The notes under the pieces: model-generated | The model's database searches: none | Seen by the model: the letters and a program-made list of their open reading frames with translations, nothing else | What the model was told of the DNA's origin: nothing | DNA from: Octopus sinensis | Lineage: Eukaryota | Assembly: GCF_006345805.1 (NCBI RefSeq) | Contig: NC_043000.1 | Location: 115,444,001 to 115,508,000, forward strand | Length of the DNA: 64,000 nt | Direction of reading: 5' to 3' | In this document: piece after piece, positions 24,601 to 40,090 of the stretch | Layout: every line of letters starts with the position of its first letter | Numbering within the stretch: the stretch's first letter is position 1 | Position numbers and translations under genes: made by a program

Positions 24601-27600
24601 GGTTTCTCTGCCACACATAGAACTTTAATGTTCTACAGTTCTGAGAGAAGTTAAAGGCAAAGAAATAGAGAGAAAAAGAAGAAAAAGATTTAGAAACTTA
24701 CTTTTTCTTCAGTTTCAGATATGCAGTAGATAAATTACCCCATGCTTCAAAGTTCTGCAAAGAAAATACATTAATTATATGTGTGTGTATGTATGTAAAT
24801 ATACATATAATATATATATATATATTACGGGAAGCTTTATGAAAATAAACAAAAGACGAAGGCAGGTGGAATACAAACAAACAATTGTATTAGTATGGCG
24901 CTCAGGAATATAAATAAAACAAGTCTTTTATATATATATATATATTAATATTCAATTTTTCCCCCTTATTATTTTAAATTTAAATATATATATGTATATG
25001 TATAAATGTATGTATGTACATATGTATGTGTGTGTGTGTATGTATTATGTGTCTGTGTTTGTCCCCACCATTACTTGGTGATTGATGTTGGTTTATTAAC
25101 AATCACTTAGCAGTTCAGCAAAATAGATTAACAGAATACTATACTTTAAAAAAAAAGTACTGGAGTCGATTTGTTTGATTAATGCCTTCAAGGGAGTGCC
25201 CCAGCATAGCCACAGTAAAAAAAGCTAAAAAAAAAAAATCGAGACAGATTATCTCCCTTGATAGCAAGGACTCGGTTATAAAACAACACAGACAACGTGA
25301 TAAAACTAGCCACGTTCTACTTAGGCGAAAATTAACAGAAATAATTCAAACAGCGGAATATAACAAACAGCACATCTCAGTCTACGTACACATAATAAAC
25401 TAGACACTTAATTAGAAGATTAGATGGGTGGAAGTAAGAGGAGTAGATACTATTCAGTTGTTAATAATCTCTTTTGATTAACGAGTTGAAGTCAAGCAGG
25501 TGTCCAAAATAAACACAAATCACAATCAATCAATAAGTATACTCACGTCAGAATCAATCATGACACAGCGATGGAATGCTTTTGCAGCAGTCTCGAATTT
25601 GCTGGCAGCAAGTGAAGCACAACCGTAAGTAAACCAGAGCGGGGTCTGTATGGGATAAACAAAGAACAAAATAAACACGTTAGAAAATCTAGGTATTTCA
25701 TAAAGCACTGTATTCATAGTTCAGTAGAATGGTTGTGTGTGTGTGTGTGTGATGGTGCCACACATTTTACTTCATCTCAGAGATTCTCAAACTGACAAAT
25801 ACTAAGTTTTCTCCACAAAAATTATGAGTGAAATTTTAAAAACTTTTTGGCACGAACATAATATAGAGTTTGGGTCCATATGACCCCAACGTTTTCAGCC
25901 TTTGCTCTCTTTCAACAGCATTTTATAAACAGCTCCTCCCCATGTTAGAAATACTTAAACATCTGGCTCTAGAAATATGCCTCAGCAAATTCTATCAGGC
26001 TTATACAAGCATGGCAGGGTGGATGGGAAATGATGAACTCTAAACAATCCATGTAAATGACAACCACAACTAACACAGATACGACACCAATAAAATTAAA
26101 AAAAGACTAGCAATCTGTCGGTTGTGATGGTGAGGGATCCAGGTGATCCAATCAAGTGGCTGAGTACTCCACAGACACAGGTACTCTTAATCCTTTCGTT
26201 ACCAAGCCAGCTGAAACCGGCTCTGGCTCTGAGTACAAATATCTTGTTTTGATAAGTTTAGAATTAAAATCTTCCACCAAACCTTAGTCACAATTTATGT
26301 TCCTGACACTAGCTGAATGACAACTGAGTTATTTTACTAAATTCTGTGTTATATTTAAAATTAATTGAAAGAAACACAGAGCATCTCAATAGAAATAAGG
26401 TATCAAAAGGATTAAGATATCATCATCATCATTTAACGTCTGCTTTCCATGCTGGCATGGGTTGGACGGTTTAACTGGGGTCTGGGAAGCCAGAAGGCTG
26501 CACCAGGCCCAGTCTGATCTGGCAGTGTTTCTACAGCTGGATGCCCTTCCTAACGCCAACCACTCCGTGAGTGTAGTGGGTGCTTTTTACCTGCCACCAC
26601 ACAGGTGCCAGACGAGGCTGGCAAACGGCCATGATTGGATGGTGCTTTTTACGTGCCACTGGCACGGGGACCAGACGAAGCTGGCAACGGCCATGATCGG
26701 ATGGTGCTTTTTACGTGCCACCGGCACGGAGGCCAGTCGGGCGGCGCTGGCTACGGCATGATATAGAAACAATTCTTAACCCTTTCGATACCAACCTGGC
26801 TGAAACCACCTCTGGTTCTGTAGTACAAATATCTTGTTTTCGTAAGTTTTGAATTAAAATCTTCCTCCAAACCTTAGTCACAATTTATGTTCCTAAGACT
26901 AGCTTAATGATAACTAAGTTATTTTTCTAAATTCTGTGTTATATTTAAAGTAATTTAAAGAAACATAGAGCATCTCAACGAGATTCAGTGTGACATAGAA
27001 TGTGATAAGGCTGGCCCCTTTGTAATTACAGGTACAACTCATTTTTGCCAGCTGAGTGAACTGGAGCAATGTGAAATAAAGTGTCTTGCTCAAGGAGAAA
27101 ATATGCCACCAGGAATTGAACTCATGGCCTTATGATCATGAGTTGAATACCCAAACCACTAAGCCATGTACCTTTACTATGACGCCGATACATACAACAA
27201 CAACAACTATGAGCAACATTAAATAAAAAAAAAGAAGCGTTTTTCTTACCTGGAGTGTATTGATCTTCAGCGATCGCTCAAAGCAGCTCAGACAATTGTC
27301 CCACTACAAAAACATCAACAGAAATTAATGTAGAAAAAGATAATAATAATAATAATAATTTGCGCAATTAAGTTTCTAGAATGTATTACTTAATAAGTTA
27401 AGTATTGTGTTTCATAACATATAATATGAATTAATGTGGTCAATACCAGTGCCACCTGACTGGCTCCCGTGTCAGTGGTACGTAAAAAGCACCATCTGAA
27501 TGTGGTCGAAGCCAGTGCCCCTGATTGGCTCCTATGCCTGTGGTACGTAGCTGATGTCAGTACTCCCTGACTGGCTCCCGTGTGAGTGGCACATAAAAAG

Positions 27601-30600
27601 CACCATCCGAACATGGTTGATGCCAGTGTCCCCTGACTGGCTCCTGTGACACATAAAAAGCACCATCCATACATGGTAAATGCCAGGTCCATCTGACACA
27701 TATTTCTGTGTGTTTCTTGGATGGTTTTCAGTTTAACACAATAAGTGCCAAGATAAATCCTGGTAAGGAGGATGCAAATCATTGTTATCTCCAGCATTGG
27801 AACACTGCCTTCGATAAAATAATTTTTGTGAAAAAGAAGCCAATATAATCCGAAGTATAATCCGTACCAAAAAATCATAAATGAATGTAAATAATCCATA
27901 AATGGCGGTATAAGGGACATTTTAACACGATTTAACATTTGTATCACTGACGACTTCCATGAATGTAATATTCATGCTGTACCATGGGGGTCACGAGTGA
28001 TACTTGTGCTATAAACTGATGTATTGGGCTGTCCGGAAAGTCTGTGCCGATTTTTAAAGGAAAGAAAAAGGTCAATAAATACTTGCCATTACATTTTTAA
28101 TCAACCAAATATGAAGCATTTTGTTGCACAATGCATCTCCATCTTTCCTTTAACTTGAAAATACCCTCTTCCCAGAATTGAGGTGGTTTCATGGCAAAGA
28201 ATTAATCAAGGTATCTTTTTACGTCATCCAAGGAATTGAAATTTTTACCATTAAGACTATTCTGCAGAGACCTGAATAAGTGGAAATCCGAAGGAGCAAT
28301 ATCTGGTGAATATGGAGGGTCGGGTAACACATCCCAGCCGAGCTGCAGCAATTTTTGTCTGGTTCCCAAAGCATCAAGTGCCGAAAATGAACTTTCTTAT
28401 CTTCCATTTCAAAGGGTTGCAGAATTAACACAGGTTATAGGAACTTAAACCTTCTTCCACGAAAAGATAGCTTAAACTGTGCTCTAAATGGAGGTATAGT
28501 CAAATCCTATTTTATGGACTCAACCATGTTCTAAAATAAGTCGAAAGTAAGCTACTATAAATCGGCACGAACTTTCCGGACAACCCAATAATAGTTCATA
28601 TATAGTAAACTAGAACATATAAGTGTATAGAGTTAAAGAAATTAAAATTGCATAACTTATAGCAAAATTTGACTGCTGGTGCAAAAGAGAATATGGCACA
28701 AACTGGGTCTGGTAGGCAAAGTGCTAAATTCTAAACCCAAAGGTAACATGTTCTACAATAAAGGCAGGATTTTACAAAGATCAACAACACCATGTTATAG
28801 AAACTACTCAAGCAAAACTGACCAAAGTTAATGAACAAGAAAAAATTGTCCAGACTAATGTTATATAGGAACTTACATCTTCTTTTCCAAAATAAAGGTA
28901 ACCCATGCAGCGCTGGGCCCGTGCACTTCGGTGATTCGACAATTCCCAGGCCTTCTGGTAGTGCTCAATGTTTCTTGTGACATCACCAAGGAAACACCAG
29001 AGGTTTGGAGTTTCTTCTATCTCCAACTGTTCACGGATCAATGACTCAGCCTAAAGAAATAGAAATATACAGATTGATATGTGAAGAACTGTTAAAGAAA
29101 AACATTAATGAAAGTAAAAATTAAACTTCGAGGAAAATAAACTGAAAAACAGAAGTGTACATCACATACACATGCATATATACATACATACCCGTGCCAG
29201 TGGCACGTAAAAAGCACCCACTACACTCTTGGAGTGGTTGGCGTTAGGAAGGGCATCCAGCTGTAGAGACACAGCCAAATGAAGATTGGAGCCTGATGCA
29301 GCCATCTGGTTTGCCAGCCCTCAGTCAAATCGTCCAACCCATGCTAGCATGGAAAGCGGATGTTACAATGGGCTTCCACAGTTTTCATCTACCAAATCTA
29401 CACACAGTGCTTTGGTTGGCCCAGGACTATTGTAGAAGAAACTTTCCCAAGGTGCCATACAGTAGAACTGAACACACACACATATAAAAAGATAAATTCA
29501 AATAGATAGATACAACTGACAATCCAATAATTTATTTATATTATATCATCATCATCGTTTAACTTCCATTTTCCATGCTAGCATGGGTTGGACAATTTGA
29601 CTGAGGTCTGGCGAACCAGATGGCTGCACCAGACTCCAATCTTGATCAGGCAGTGTTTCTACAGCTGGATGCCCTTCCTAACGCCAACCACTCCGAGAGT
29701 GTAGTGGGTGCTTTTATGTGCCACAGGCGGTACTGGCAACGGCCACGCTCAAATGGTGTTTTTTACGTGCCACCTGCACAGGAGCCAGTCCAGCGGCACT
29801 GGCAACGACCTCGCTTGAATGTTTTTTCACGTGCCAGTAAGGGGACACTGGTAATGATCACGCTTGAATTGTGCCTTTTACGTGCCGTCGACGCGAAAGC
29901 CAGTCAGCTGTTCTGGCAACGATCACACTCAGATGGTGCTCTCAGCACTCCACTAGCATGGATGCCAGTCATCAAATTTGATTTCGATTTCACTTGCCTC
30001 AACAGGTCTTCGCAAGCAAAGTTTAGTGTCCAAAGAAGGAAAGGTACGCATAAGTGGCTGGTTGCACCCCTGGCATAGGCCATGAGGTTATGGTCTCACT
30101 TGAATTGCCGGGTCTTCTCAAGCACAAATATAAGATAACATAAACAATTATTTTTTCATTTTTGGATTTGGTTTGCAAGATTCTTTATATGAGTTCATGT
30201 GTTGAAGCATATTCTGTTGTGTCTGGGGAGAGCCATTTTCTTTTTGTGCCTTTTAATTTAACACACTCACCGGTAAAATTTCCACTTATTTCTTATTTTT
30301 TAAATAAGTGGGAATTTTACCGGTGAGTGTGTTAAGTTATAGGCACAAAAAGAAAATGGCTCGCCCCAGACACAACAGAATAAACAATTGTTAAAACATC
30401 AAAATGTCAACAATTTATTTCAACTTTTAATCATCGTTATATGTTTTATCTTATATTTACTCTTTCTATAATAGGTAATTTTTCTAAATGGTATAATTTA
30501 ATTTTTCCTTATTGAATTGATAAACGGTGTTTTTTTCTAATTTCTAATTTAGTAGAAGACACTTGCTCAAGGTGCCATGCAGTGAGACTGAACCCAGAAC

Positions 30601-33600
30601 CATGTGGTTGGTAAGCAAGCTACTTACCACACAGCCACTCCAGCACCTATGTTTAGGAAGTTTAGGAAACAAGGGTTATTAATTTGTAAAGAAAGATGCT
30701 AAAGGGGCTGAGTGAGTTACCTTCTCCAATTTGTTCATCCGTTGGTAGCAAACTATAACATCCTCCCACATCTCCAGCTGCTCAAGAATGTCACATGCTG
30801 AGCCAATGGAACCAAGGGAGATCAGCAACTGAGCCAATTGTTTCTAGAAAGAAAGAGACAGACACACAGACAGACTGATGAAAAATATGAAATTGAGTGA
30901 AGTAAGATAATGGAGACTTACAAAACGTTATCCAAATACACACACACATTAATAAGAATCATGTCCAGAAAATTTACTGTAAGAAATTTTGCTATACGGA
31001 CAATGGTAAAGCATATTCTTCTGTTTGTTTCAGCCATGCTGGAGCGGTCATGCTGGAACACTACCGTATCAACATTTTAAAAATAAAAATAATAATAAAA
31101 GGTTTCATAAATGTTTTACATAAGTCGTTATTCGAAATCAAATATTAAAAAAAACATGAGGAGATCATTTAAGATGAAATTTCTTATTTCATTTCATTTC
31201 ATCTAATTTCAGCTCACAAGCCGTGGCCATGCCATTATGGTGAATTTTCCTATAGCAAAAATGTTTACGGTGAAATTTACTATAACCAATAATACATCTT
31301 GTACATCTCTAGTCAAGACATATGTCAACAGTCACACAACCTCCCAAAACACACCTTGGCCATCACCTGTAAGACTTTGAAGATGAGAGAAAAAAAAAAA
31401 AACCAAAGAGAAATGAATAAGAATCTCCAACTTACTTTGAGTAACCAGACTGGAGGTGTTCTCGTGTAATAAAACTGAGGTAAACGCTTCTGGGACGGAG
31501 GCTGTTGGTTTGACATCTGACTTATAATCTCCTAAATGTGTGAAAGAGAAGGTAAAAATATTCCTTGATTGTCAAAGTTTTGCATTTAAGAACATCGAAA
31601 ACATCAGGATTCATTATCATCTGTTTCTTTACTACCCGCAAGGGGCTAAACATAGAGGGGACAAACAAAGACAAACGGATTAAGTCGATTATATCGACCC
31701 CAGTGCGTAACTGGTGCTTAAGTTATCAACCTCGAAAGGATGAAAGGCAAAGTCAACCTCAGCAGAATTTGAACTCAGAACATAAAGACAGACGAAATAC
31801 CTATTTCTTTACTACCCACAAGAGGCTAAACATAGAGGGGACAAACAAGGACAGACAAACGGATTAAGTCGATTATATCAATCCCAGTGCGTAACTGGTA
31901 CTTAATTTATCGATCCCGAAATGATGAAAGGCAAAGTCGACCTTGGTGGAATTTGAACTCAGAATGTAACGACAGATGAAATACCTATTTCTTTACTACC
32001 CACAAGGGGCTACACACAGAGGGGACAAACAAGGACAGACAAATGGATTAAGTCAATTACACTGATTCCAGTGCGTAACTGGTACTTAATTTATCGACCC
32101 CGAAAGGATGAAAGGCAAAGAATTTGAACTCAGAACGTAATGGCAGACGAAATACTGCTAAGCATTTCGCCCGGTGTGCTAACGATTCCGTCAGCTTGCT
32201 GCCTTTTCATTATCATCATCACCATTTAATGCCAACTTTTCCATGCTTGCATTGGGTCAGATGGAATTATGTTGAAGCAGATTTTTTTCTATTGCTGGAT
32301 GCCTCTCCCTGTCATGAACCCTTAGCTGCCCCCATAGCCAGATGTGTTTTTCATGGACGACTAGGAACAAACAACACTGCTTTTACGACAGTAATGTTCA
32401 TGTGCAACAATCATGAGATATCAAGACAAGAATGCACATACATGCACACATACATAGATATGTATGTGGTTAGGGTGTTGCACTCTCACTAGCGAGATCG
32501 TGGGTTTGATTCCTGGATTGGGCGGTGCATTGTGTTCTTGAGCAAAGCACTTCATTTCATGTTGCTTCAGTCCACTAAGCTGTAAATGGGTAACCCTGCA
32601 ATGGACTAACCTCCCAATCAGAAGGAATGGTGCCCTGCTCGCATAGCCAGCAGGGTGGCATTATCTCAAAGCTAAAATGATGCAAAGTGCATTGTAACCA
32701 GTGATGTATAACAACATCTGATAGTCTGGTCGATCATGTGATATATCATCATCATCGTTTAACGTCCGCTTTCCATGCTAGCATGGGTTGGATGATTTTC
32801 ACTGAGAGCTGGTGAACCAGATGGCTGCACCAGGCTCCAATCTGATCTGGCTGAGTTTCTACAGCTGGATTCTCTTCCTAACACCAACTACTCAGAGTGT
32901 AGTAAGTACTTTTATGTGCCACCGGCACGAGGGCCAGTCAAGCGGCACTGGCAGCGGCCATGCTCAAATGGTGCTTTTTATGTGCCACCTGCACAGGAGC
33001 CAGTCTAGCGGCACTGGCAATGACCACGCGACACAGGTAATGATCATGCTTGAATGGTGCTTTTTACGTGCCATCGGCACGGAGGCCAGCTTGTTGCTCT
33101 GGCAACGATCATGCTCGGATGGTACTCTTAGCGCTCCACTAGCATGGATGCCAGTCAACAAATTTGATTTCGATTTCACTTGCCTCAACAGGTCTTCGCA
33201 AGCAGAGTTTAGTGTCCAATGAAGGAGAGGTATGCATAAGTGGGCTGGTTACAGCCCTGGCATAGGCCACAAGGTTATGGTCTCATTTGAGCTTGCCGAG
33301 TTTTCTCAAGCACAGCATATTTCCAAAGGTCTTTTTGTGTGTTTTTGTGTCTATGTTTGTCCCCCTTCATCACTTGAGAATGGGTGTCAGTGTGTTTACA
33401 CCCCAATAATGCAGGGAATCACAGACAAAAACTGACTGAGAACAAATGTTTTATTTAGTTCCATCGAAATCCCAAGAGGATGAAATGTAAAGTTGGCCGC
33501 GGTAGGATTTAAACTCAGAAAGTAAAGAGTGGGAAACAAACTCATAAAGCATTTGGTTTGACCCACTAACAATTCAACCGAGCCACCACCCTGGAATTTT

Positions 33601-36267
33601 TCGAATAATAAAGCTGAAACTATGTCCAATCAAACAAAATGGCATCAAGAATGTGAAAAGGCTACTTACTTCAATCTGTTTCATGGACCTCTCAATTGTA
33701 CGTGCAAAGGACTTCTCAAGGAAAGAACGGGTGTAAAGAGCTGTGACTTGAATGCTCCAGTCCAACGGCTGATTGAGAAGGAACTGTAGAGAAAGAGAGA
33801 GATATAACCAATGTAACTGAATGCAATATCAATATTAGTTTCAAATTTTGGTACAAGGCCAGTAATATTAGGGGAGGGAGGGAGGGAGTAAGTCGATTAC
33901 ATTGATATGTATATTATTAGAGTGATATATATAGAAATGCAATCAGTTATAGTAATATACAGAAATACAGATTGCTTCTAAATAATTATTTCTTCACACA
34001 CACACATTTTTAATGTATGAATCACAGAATTAATATAATCATTAATTTTGTATCACAGGAATTACCAGTGACACCCAATGATATAAATCAATATGGTAGT
34101 ATGGTAGTTTATATATAGTGAACTAGAACATATATATAGTTTTAAAAAAACCCACATAATTTATAACAAAATTAGACCATTGGTGCAAAATGGGGTTGTT
34201 AGGCAAAGTGTTCAGATAAAAGTTATTTACTCACTGATATGTAAGCTAAGAGTTGTTCATTAGTTAGTTTTTCTTGATTGGGCTCTGACCGACGGCTAAC
34301 TTCCCTGAAGGATAGAAATGGATAAAAGAATATTAATAGTAACAAGAGCACTCAGAGAGTGGAAACCTCTGCCAAGGTAACACCAACTTCCCCTCAATGA
34401 TTAGCCAGAGATGATTTTTAAAATAAATGAGAATATCTGAAATAAACTCGACCGCTCTCACAAACGAGAATACTAAAAATTAACTTCACTGCTCTCAAAA
34501 ATTAAGTGAAAACACAAGAAAAATAATCCAGAATCCTTGGCTTGTACCGGATCGATCCCAAAATCTAATCAGTTTGTGCTAGTCATGAGGCCAAACATCC
34601 TTGAATGTTTCATTCGAATACATCCAGTGGTTCTTGAGATAGCTTGTCCATGGACAAACAAATAAACACGACAGGAAACAAAAGCTCCGCCTTCGTTAAG
34701 GCAGAGGTAATAATGCTTTCTTATAATGGTACAAAGATACTTATAAGAAGAAGGATACAGTTTCTGACCAGTATTTACTGACCTGGAACTCATGCTCTAC
34801 AATGGTTGGCATTAAGAAGGGCATCAAAAGCAGACATTGGAGCTTTATACAGTCCTAAGAGACATTGGTTCCTGCCAAAATGTCCAACTCATGCCAGCAT
34901 GGACATTAAATGATGATTGTGCTTGCAGTAATGAATGACGAAATTTGACTATGATAAGATTTGAACTTAGAACAAAGAAAGACTTAAGTGTTGAAATGCA
35001 TTTGTTTAGCTGGTACTGCCAGTGCCGCTGGACTGGCACATAAAAAACACCATTTGAGCATTAGAAAGGGCATCGAGCTGTAGAAACTCTGCCAGATCAA
35101 GATTGGAGCCTGGTGCAGCCATCTGGTCTGCCAGCCCTCAGTCAAATCGTCCAACCCATGCTAGCATGGAAAGTGGATGCTAAACATTGATGATGATGAT
35201 GAATGCTGTGAACGGCCGGCAACATTCTAGATGCCAACAGCCCAACCGTGATCTATGGCTGATGCAGGCTGGTCAAGGAGATGAAATGTAGAAAGATGTG
35301 CCACATAAAAGACGCTCTCACCAGTTTGGCCATTGCCAGCCTCGCCTGGCACCTGTGCTGGTGGCACGTAAAGAGCACCCACTACACTCACGGTGTGGTT
35401 GGCATTAGGAAGGACATCTAGCTGTAGAAACTCTGCCAAATCAAGATTGAAGCCTGGTGCAGCCTTCTGGCTTCCCAGACCCTGGTCGAACCGTCCAACC
35501 CATGCTAGCATGGAAAACGGACGTTAAACGATGATGATGATTAAAGCCCTCCCAGGGGTCCAGAAATTTCTTCAGGTGCATTAGTCTTAGTGCCAGTGAG
35601 CGCATCATCAAGGATGGTATTGCAAGATCACCACTCAGTGGGTGTTGATAGCAGATGGATTTCATGACCAGCAAAATCTGACCCTTCTATCAGGAAAGCA
35701 AGTGCTGGTCAGACGCCGATGCTTGTGGTTGGAACATCTTTAATCATCCATTGGCAGCGTTAAACAACATCAAACAAATAAATGACCTGGCAACTGAGCA
35801 TCTATGTGGATGCTTGACTTGCAAAAAATAGCAGCTATGTTAACAGAAGAACACATGGGATAATGAAGTTCAAAAGAGAGAAGGACAGGATAATTAATGC
35901 TGGTGGTCTTCTGAGGATAGATCTGATGAATGGGGGCTAAACAATAACTAAATGAACTAATACTTATTCTATCGTTCTCTTTTGCCGAACCACTAAGTTA
36001 CAGGGATGTAAATACACCAGCATCAGTTGTCAAGTGATGTTGGGGGAACAAACACAGACACATCATCATCATCATCGTTTAACGTCCGCTTTCCATGCTA
36101 GCATGGGTTGGATGGTTCAACTGGGGTCTGGCAAGCCCGAAGGCTGCACCAGGCCAGTCAGATCTGGCAGTGTTTCTACAGCTGGATGCCCTTCCTAACG
36201 CCAACCACTCCGAGAGTGTAGTGGGTGATTTTATGTGCCACCGACACAGGTGCCAGACGAGGCTGGC

Positions 36268-36312
<45 letters not shown>

Positions 36313-39300
36313 TTTATATACGACGGGCTTCTTTCAGTTTCTTTCTACCAAATCCAAACTAAAGTACATTGACAGAAGTAAGGGACATAATGTTTCTTAC
36401 ATAAGGCCTAGTACAATGGCTTGTTCCAATTGGTTAACTTGTAAATCTGGTTCAGAAATCTCAGAAAATTCAATATTTTCAAGGACAGTGTCATCATTAT
36501 GGCTTAGATTCTGAAAAGACATAACAGAAAAATTCCAAAATACAGTATTTATATATATATATATATATATATAGTGCTAGACATTATGAGCAAAGAAAAT
36601 CTTAGAAAAAGCATCTTTTGTGTAAATGCACACTTAACCCTTTCGTTACCGTATTTATTTTGAGATGCTCTGTGTTTCTTTCAATTAATTTTAAATCTAA
36701 CAAAGAATTTAGTAAAATAACTTAGTTATCATTCAGCTAGTGTTAGGAACATAAATTGTGACTAAGGTTTGGTGGAAGATTTTAATTCAACACTTAAGAA
36801 AAAAAGACATTTGTACTACAGAGCCTGAGGTGGTTTCAGCTGGGTTAGTAACGAAAGGGTTAAAAGAACATTTAATGTTAAGCCCTTTAGCTTTGAGATG
36901 ACTGTCAAATCAAAAGATTAACTCATTTAGATTGTTTTCAATTAATCATTAATTATCTTCTAGCTTCTAGATTTTGATGATGTGTTTGTATATTTTCAGA
37001 ACGATATTGAAGGGTAAGTGTGAAAGGCCGGGTCTGGTCATTTTGAAAATAAAACAGGTGGATTATTTGGGCTGGATTTGGTTAGTTTAAATATAAGGGT
37101 ACAGATACGGCTGTGTAGTTGAGACACTTGCTTTGCAACCATGTGGTTTTTGGGTTCAGTCCCTCTATGCAGCATCTTCTACTATAGCCCTAGGCCAACT
37201 AAAGCCTTGTAATACAAACCCACTGTTTGTATGTAAGTAAACATGAATCAGTGAGGGAGAGGATAGGCATTAGGCTGGCCACCAAACTGAAGATGTACCA
37301 AGCAGTTGTACTGAATACGCTACTGTATGCCTGCTGAAAAGCTAAACTACTTCCAGATGAACTGATGGGGAAAGCTGTTGAAAATCACTTGGCAAGACAA
37401 GGTCCCAGATACAGAGATCCTTTCTTGAGCTGATCTGCCAAACATTTACATACCTATTTCTTTACTACCCACAAAAGGCTAAACACAGAGAGGACAAACA
37501 AATGGATTAAGTTGATTACATCGACCCCAGTGTGTAACTGGTACTTATTTAATCGACCCTGAAAGGATGAAAGGCAAAGTCAACCTCGGCGGAATTTGAA
37601 CTCAGAATGTAAAGACAGACGAAATACCGCTAGGCATTCCGCCGTACTAACGTTTCTGCCAGCTTTTACATACCGCTGAGGAGAATGCAAGTCAGGTGAG
37701 CAATCCACTTTGTTTGAATGCCTGACATGTGGCCCTTCAAGAGACTGTTCGACAGAGAACTGGCAGAAGGTAAGTGCATGCAAGGTAGACAGAAAAAGTA
37801 CTTCAAGAATATACTCAAAGTTTCACTGAAGGACTTTGAGATCAACCCTGACACCTGGGAAACACAAGCACAAGACCACCCTGCCTGGTGAAGCTACACC
37901 GACAGAGGTGCCATTTTCTACAAACAGAACAGGGTTGTACGGGTATAAAGCAAATACAAACTGCGCAATTCCAGAGTCAACTTCTTGCCTCCAGTCCCAG
38001 CCGACCACCAGTGCCTGGCTTGTGGTAGAGCCTTCCAAGCACGCGTTAGACTGATCAACCATAACTGGACACACCATGCCTTCATCTTTTTCTCCCATGT
38101 GATGTCCTTGGTTATCGGTGACAATGATGGATAAACTATGATGGTGATATGATGATGTGTGTAGCCTTATTTCATCATCATGTGATGAGTATAAAGCACC
38201 ACCACCGTCACACAAGCAATGCTATTTGTTTTCCTTCTTCCACATGTCTGGCAATGGGGAAAAATTACTTAGTTTGGAAGCAGATGAGGTTGGTAGACAG
38301 GAAGGGCATCCGGTCTTAGAAAATCCACTTGACCAATGAAAGCATGGAAACAATGAAGTCCTTCAAACAAAAAACCGAAACTAAAATACCATACCTTTGG
38401 AAGCAAGGAAGCATTAAGCTTGACTGCAGGCACATGTAACTCTAACAACTGAGCCTCTGTCTCATCGGGTTGCGTTCGTTTCACCTCCAAAAGAACTTGG
38501 GCAACATCTTTACTTTGGAAGCGTGTGCGCTTGCCTAAAGCACCTGATTGAAAGAAGAGAAAATGAAATATTGAAATCAGTAAAATGCATTTGGTGAGTT
38601 ACAATGTCATCATCATCGTTTAATGTCCACCTTCCACGCTAGCATGGATGGACGGTTACTTCTGTAACTGTTTTGGCAGGAATTTTACAGCTAGATGTCC
38701 TTCCTTACACCAACCGCTCAGCAGAGTGGACTTAATGTTTTTTAGGTGGTACAAGCACAGGGGAGGTCAGTTTTGGAAAGGGCTTTTACAGCTGGATGCC
38801 CTTCTGAACACCAACCACTTTACAATGTGGACCGGGTGCTTTTAAGTGGCACCTGCATTGACAGGGTCACCAAGTACTTGCAAGACCAAAAAAAGAAAAC
38901 TCAAAATTAGATTAAGAAAATAAGATTTAGCACCAGGTAAAATGAAAATGTGATGAAAGATAAAACGAAAAAAACAATATCATCCTCATCTATTCTTACA
39001 GGTTGACATGTGTGGCATGTGTATCATTATCATTTTATGTCAATTTTTCCATGCTTGCTGGAGTCAGACAGAGTTTATTGAGGTGGATTTTATATGATCA
39101 AAGATGTAGTGACCCCTAGTGGTTACGATGACAAGCAAAACAGAAAGGGGATGTAATGAGAGTAATCTCCCTAGAGCTTCTAGAATGTTCAAGATTCTTC
39201 CAGAATTTCCGGTTTTACTCAGAAGCCAGGGATTTCCGGTTCATCCCTTTATAAAGGAAAGAAATTCTAATTCATGCGGTTCGGTGCATGTTGATCCTTC

Positions 39301-40043
39301 AAAGTGTACTGGATCAAGCTGCCGCACTTAAGCCCACTCGTTTGCCTTTCTTACTTGGAGACCTGTGACTGCAGACAGAACACATTCATGTAATGTTATA
39401 AGCTTCTTTCAACTAACCTTCTATGTGAATGTATTGTCTCCAATAATAAAAGTTATGACTTAATACAAGTGCCTCGTGTATTCTACCCTCTTGTTGTTAT
39501 GAGCAGATACAGTGGCTTCCTTCTCTCTCATGCTGACAAAGTATAGTGTGTCATTAAGCCAATGTTGCCACCAAAAATGGATAACACTGACATCACTATA
39601 AATACCTGCTCTTCCTGTTGCCAATTGTTACCTGTTTCCAATCAAGGTAAATATTTTCCATGGCTAGATATAGTTTTCATGGAAGACTGGAAACAAACAA
39701 CAAACAGACACACTCACCAACACGTTTATTCACTGAATTAATATCCATAAACACACATATATTCACATTTTATAAAATATTCTTTGACTAGTCTGTATTA
39801 AGACATTTTGGATTCAATAAAGTAGTGTGTGTGTGTGTGTGTATCATCATCATCATCATTTAACGTCCATTGCCCATGCTGGCATGGGTTGGATGGTTTG
39901 ACCAGCTGAAAGGCTGCACCAGACTCCAGTCTGATTTGGCATGGTTTCTACAGCTGGATGCTCTTCCTAATGCCAACCACTCTGAGAGAGTAAAGGGTGC
40001 TTTTATGTTGCTAAGAGCAAAGTGTATGTATGTAAGTATGTAT

Positions 40044-40090
<47 letters not shown>

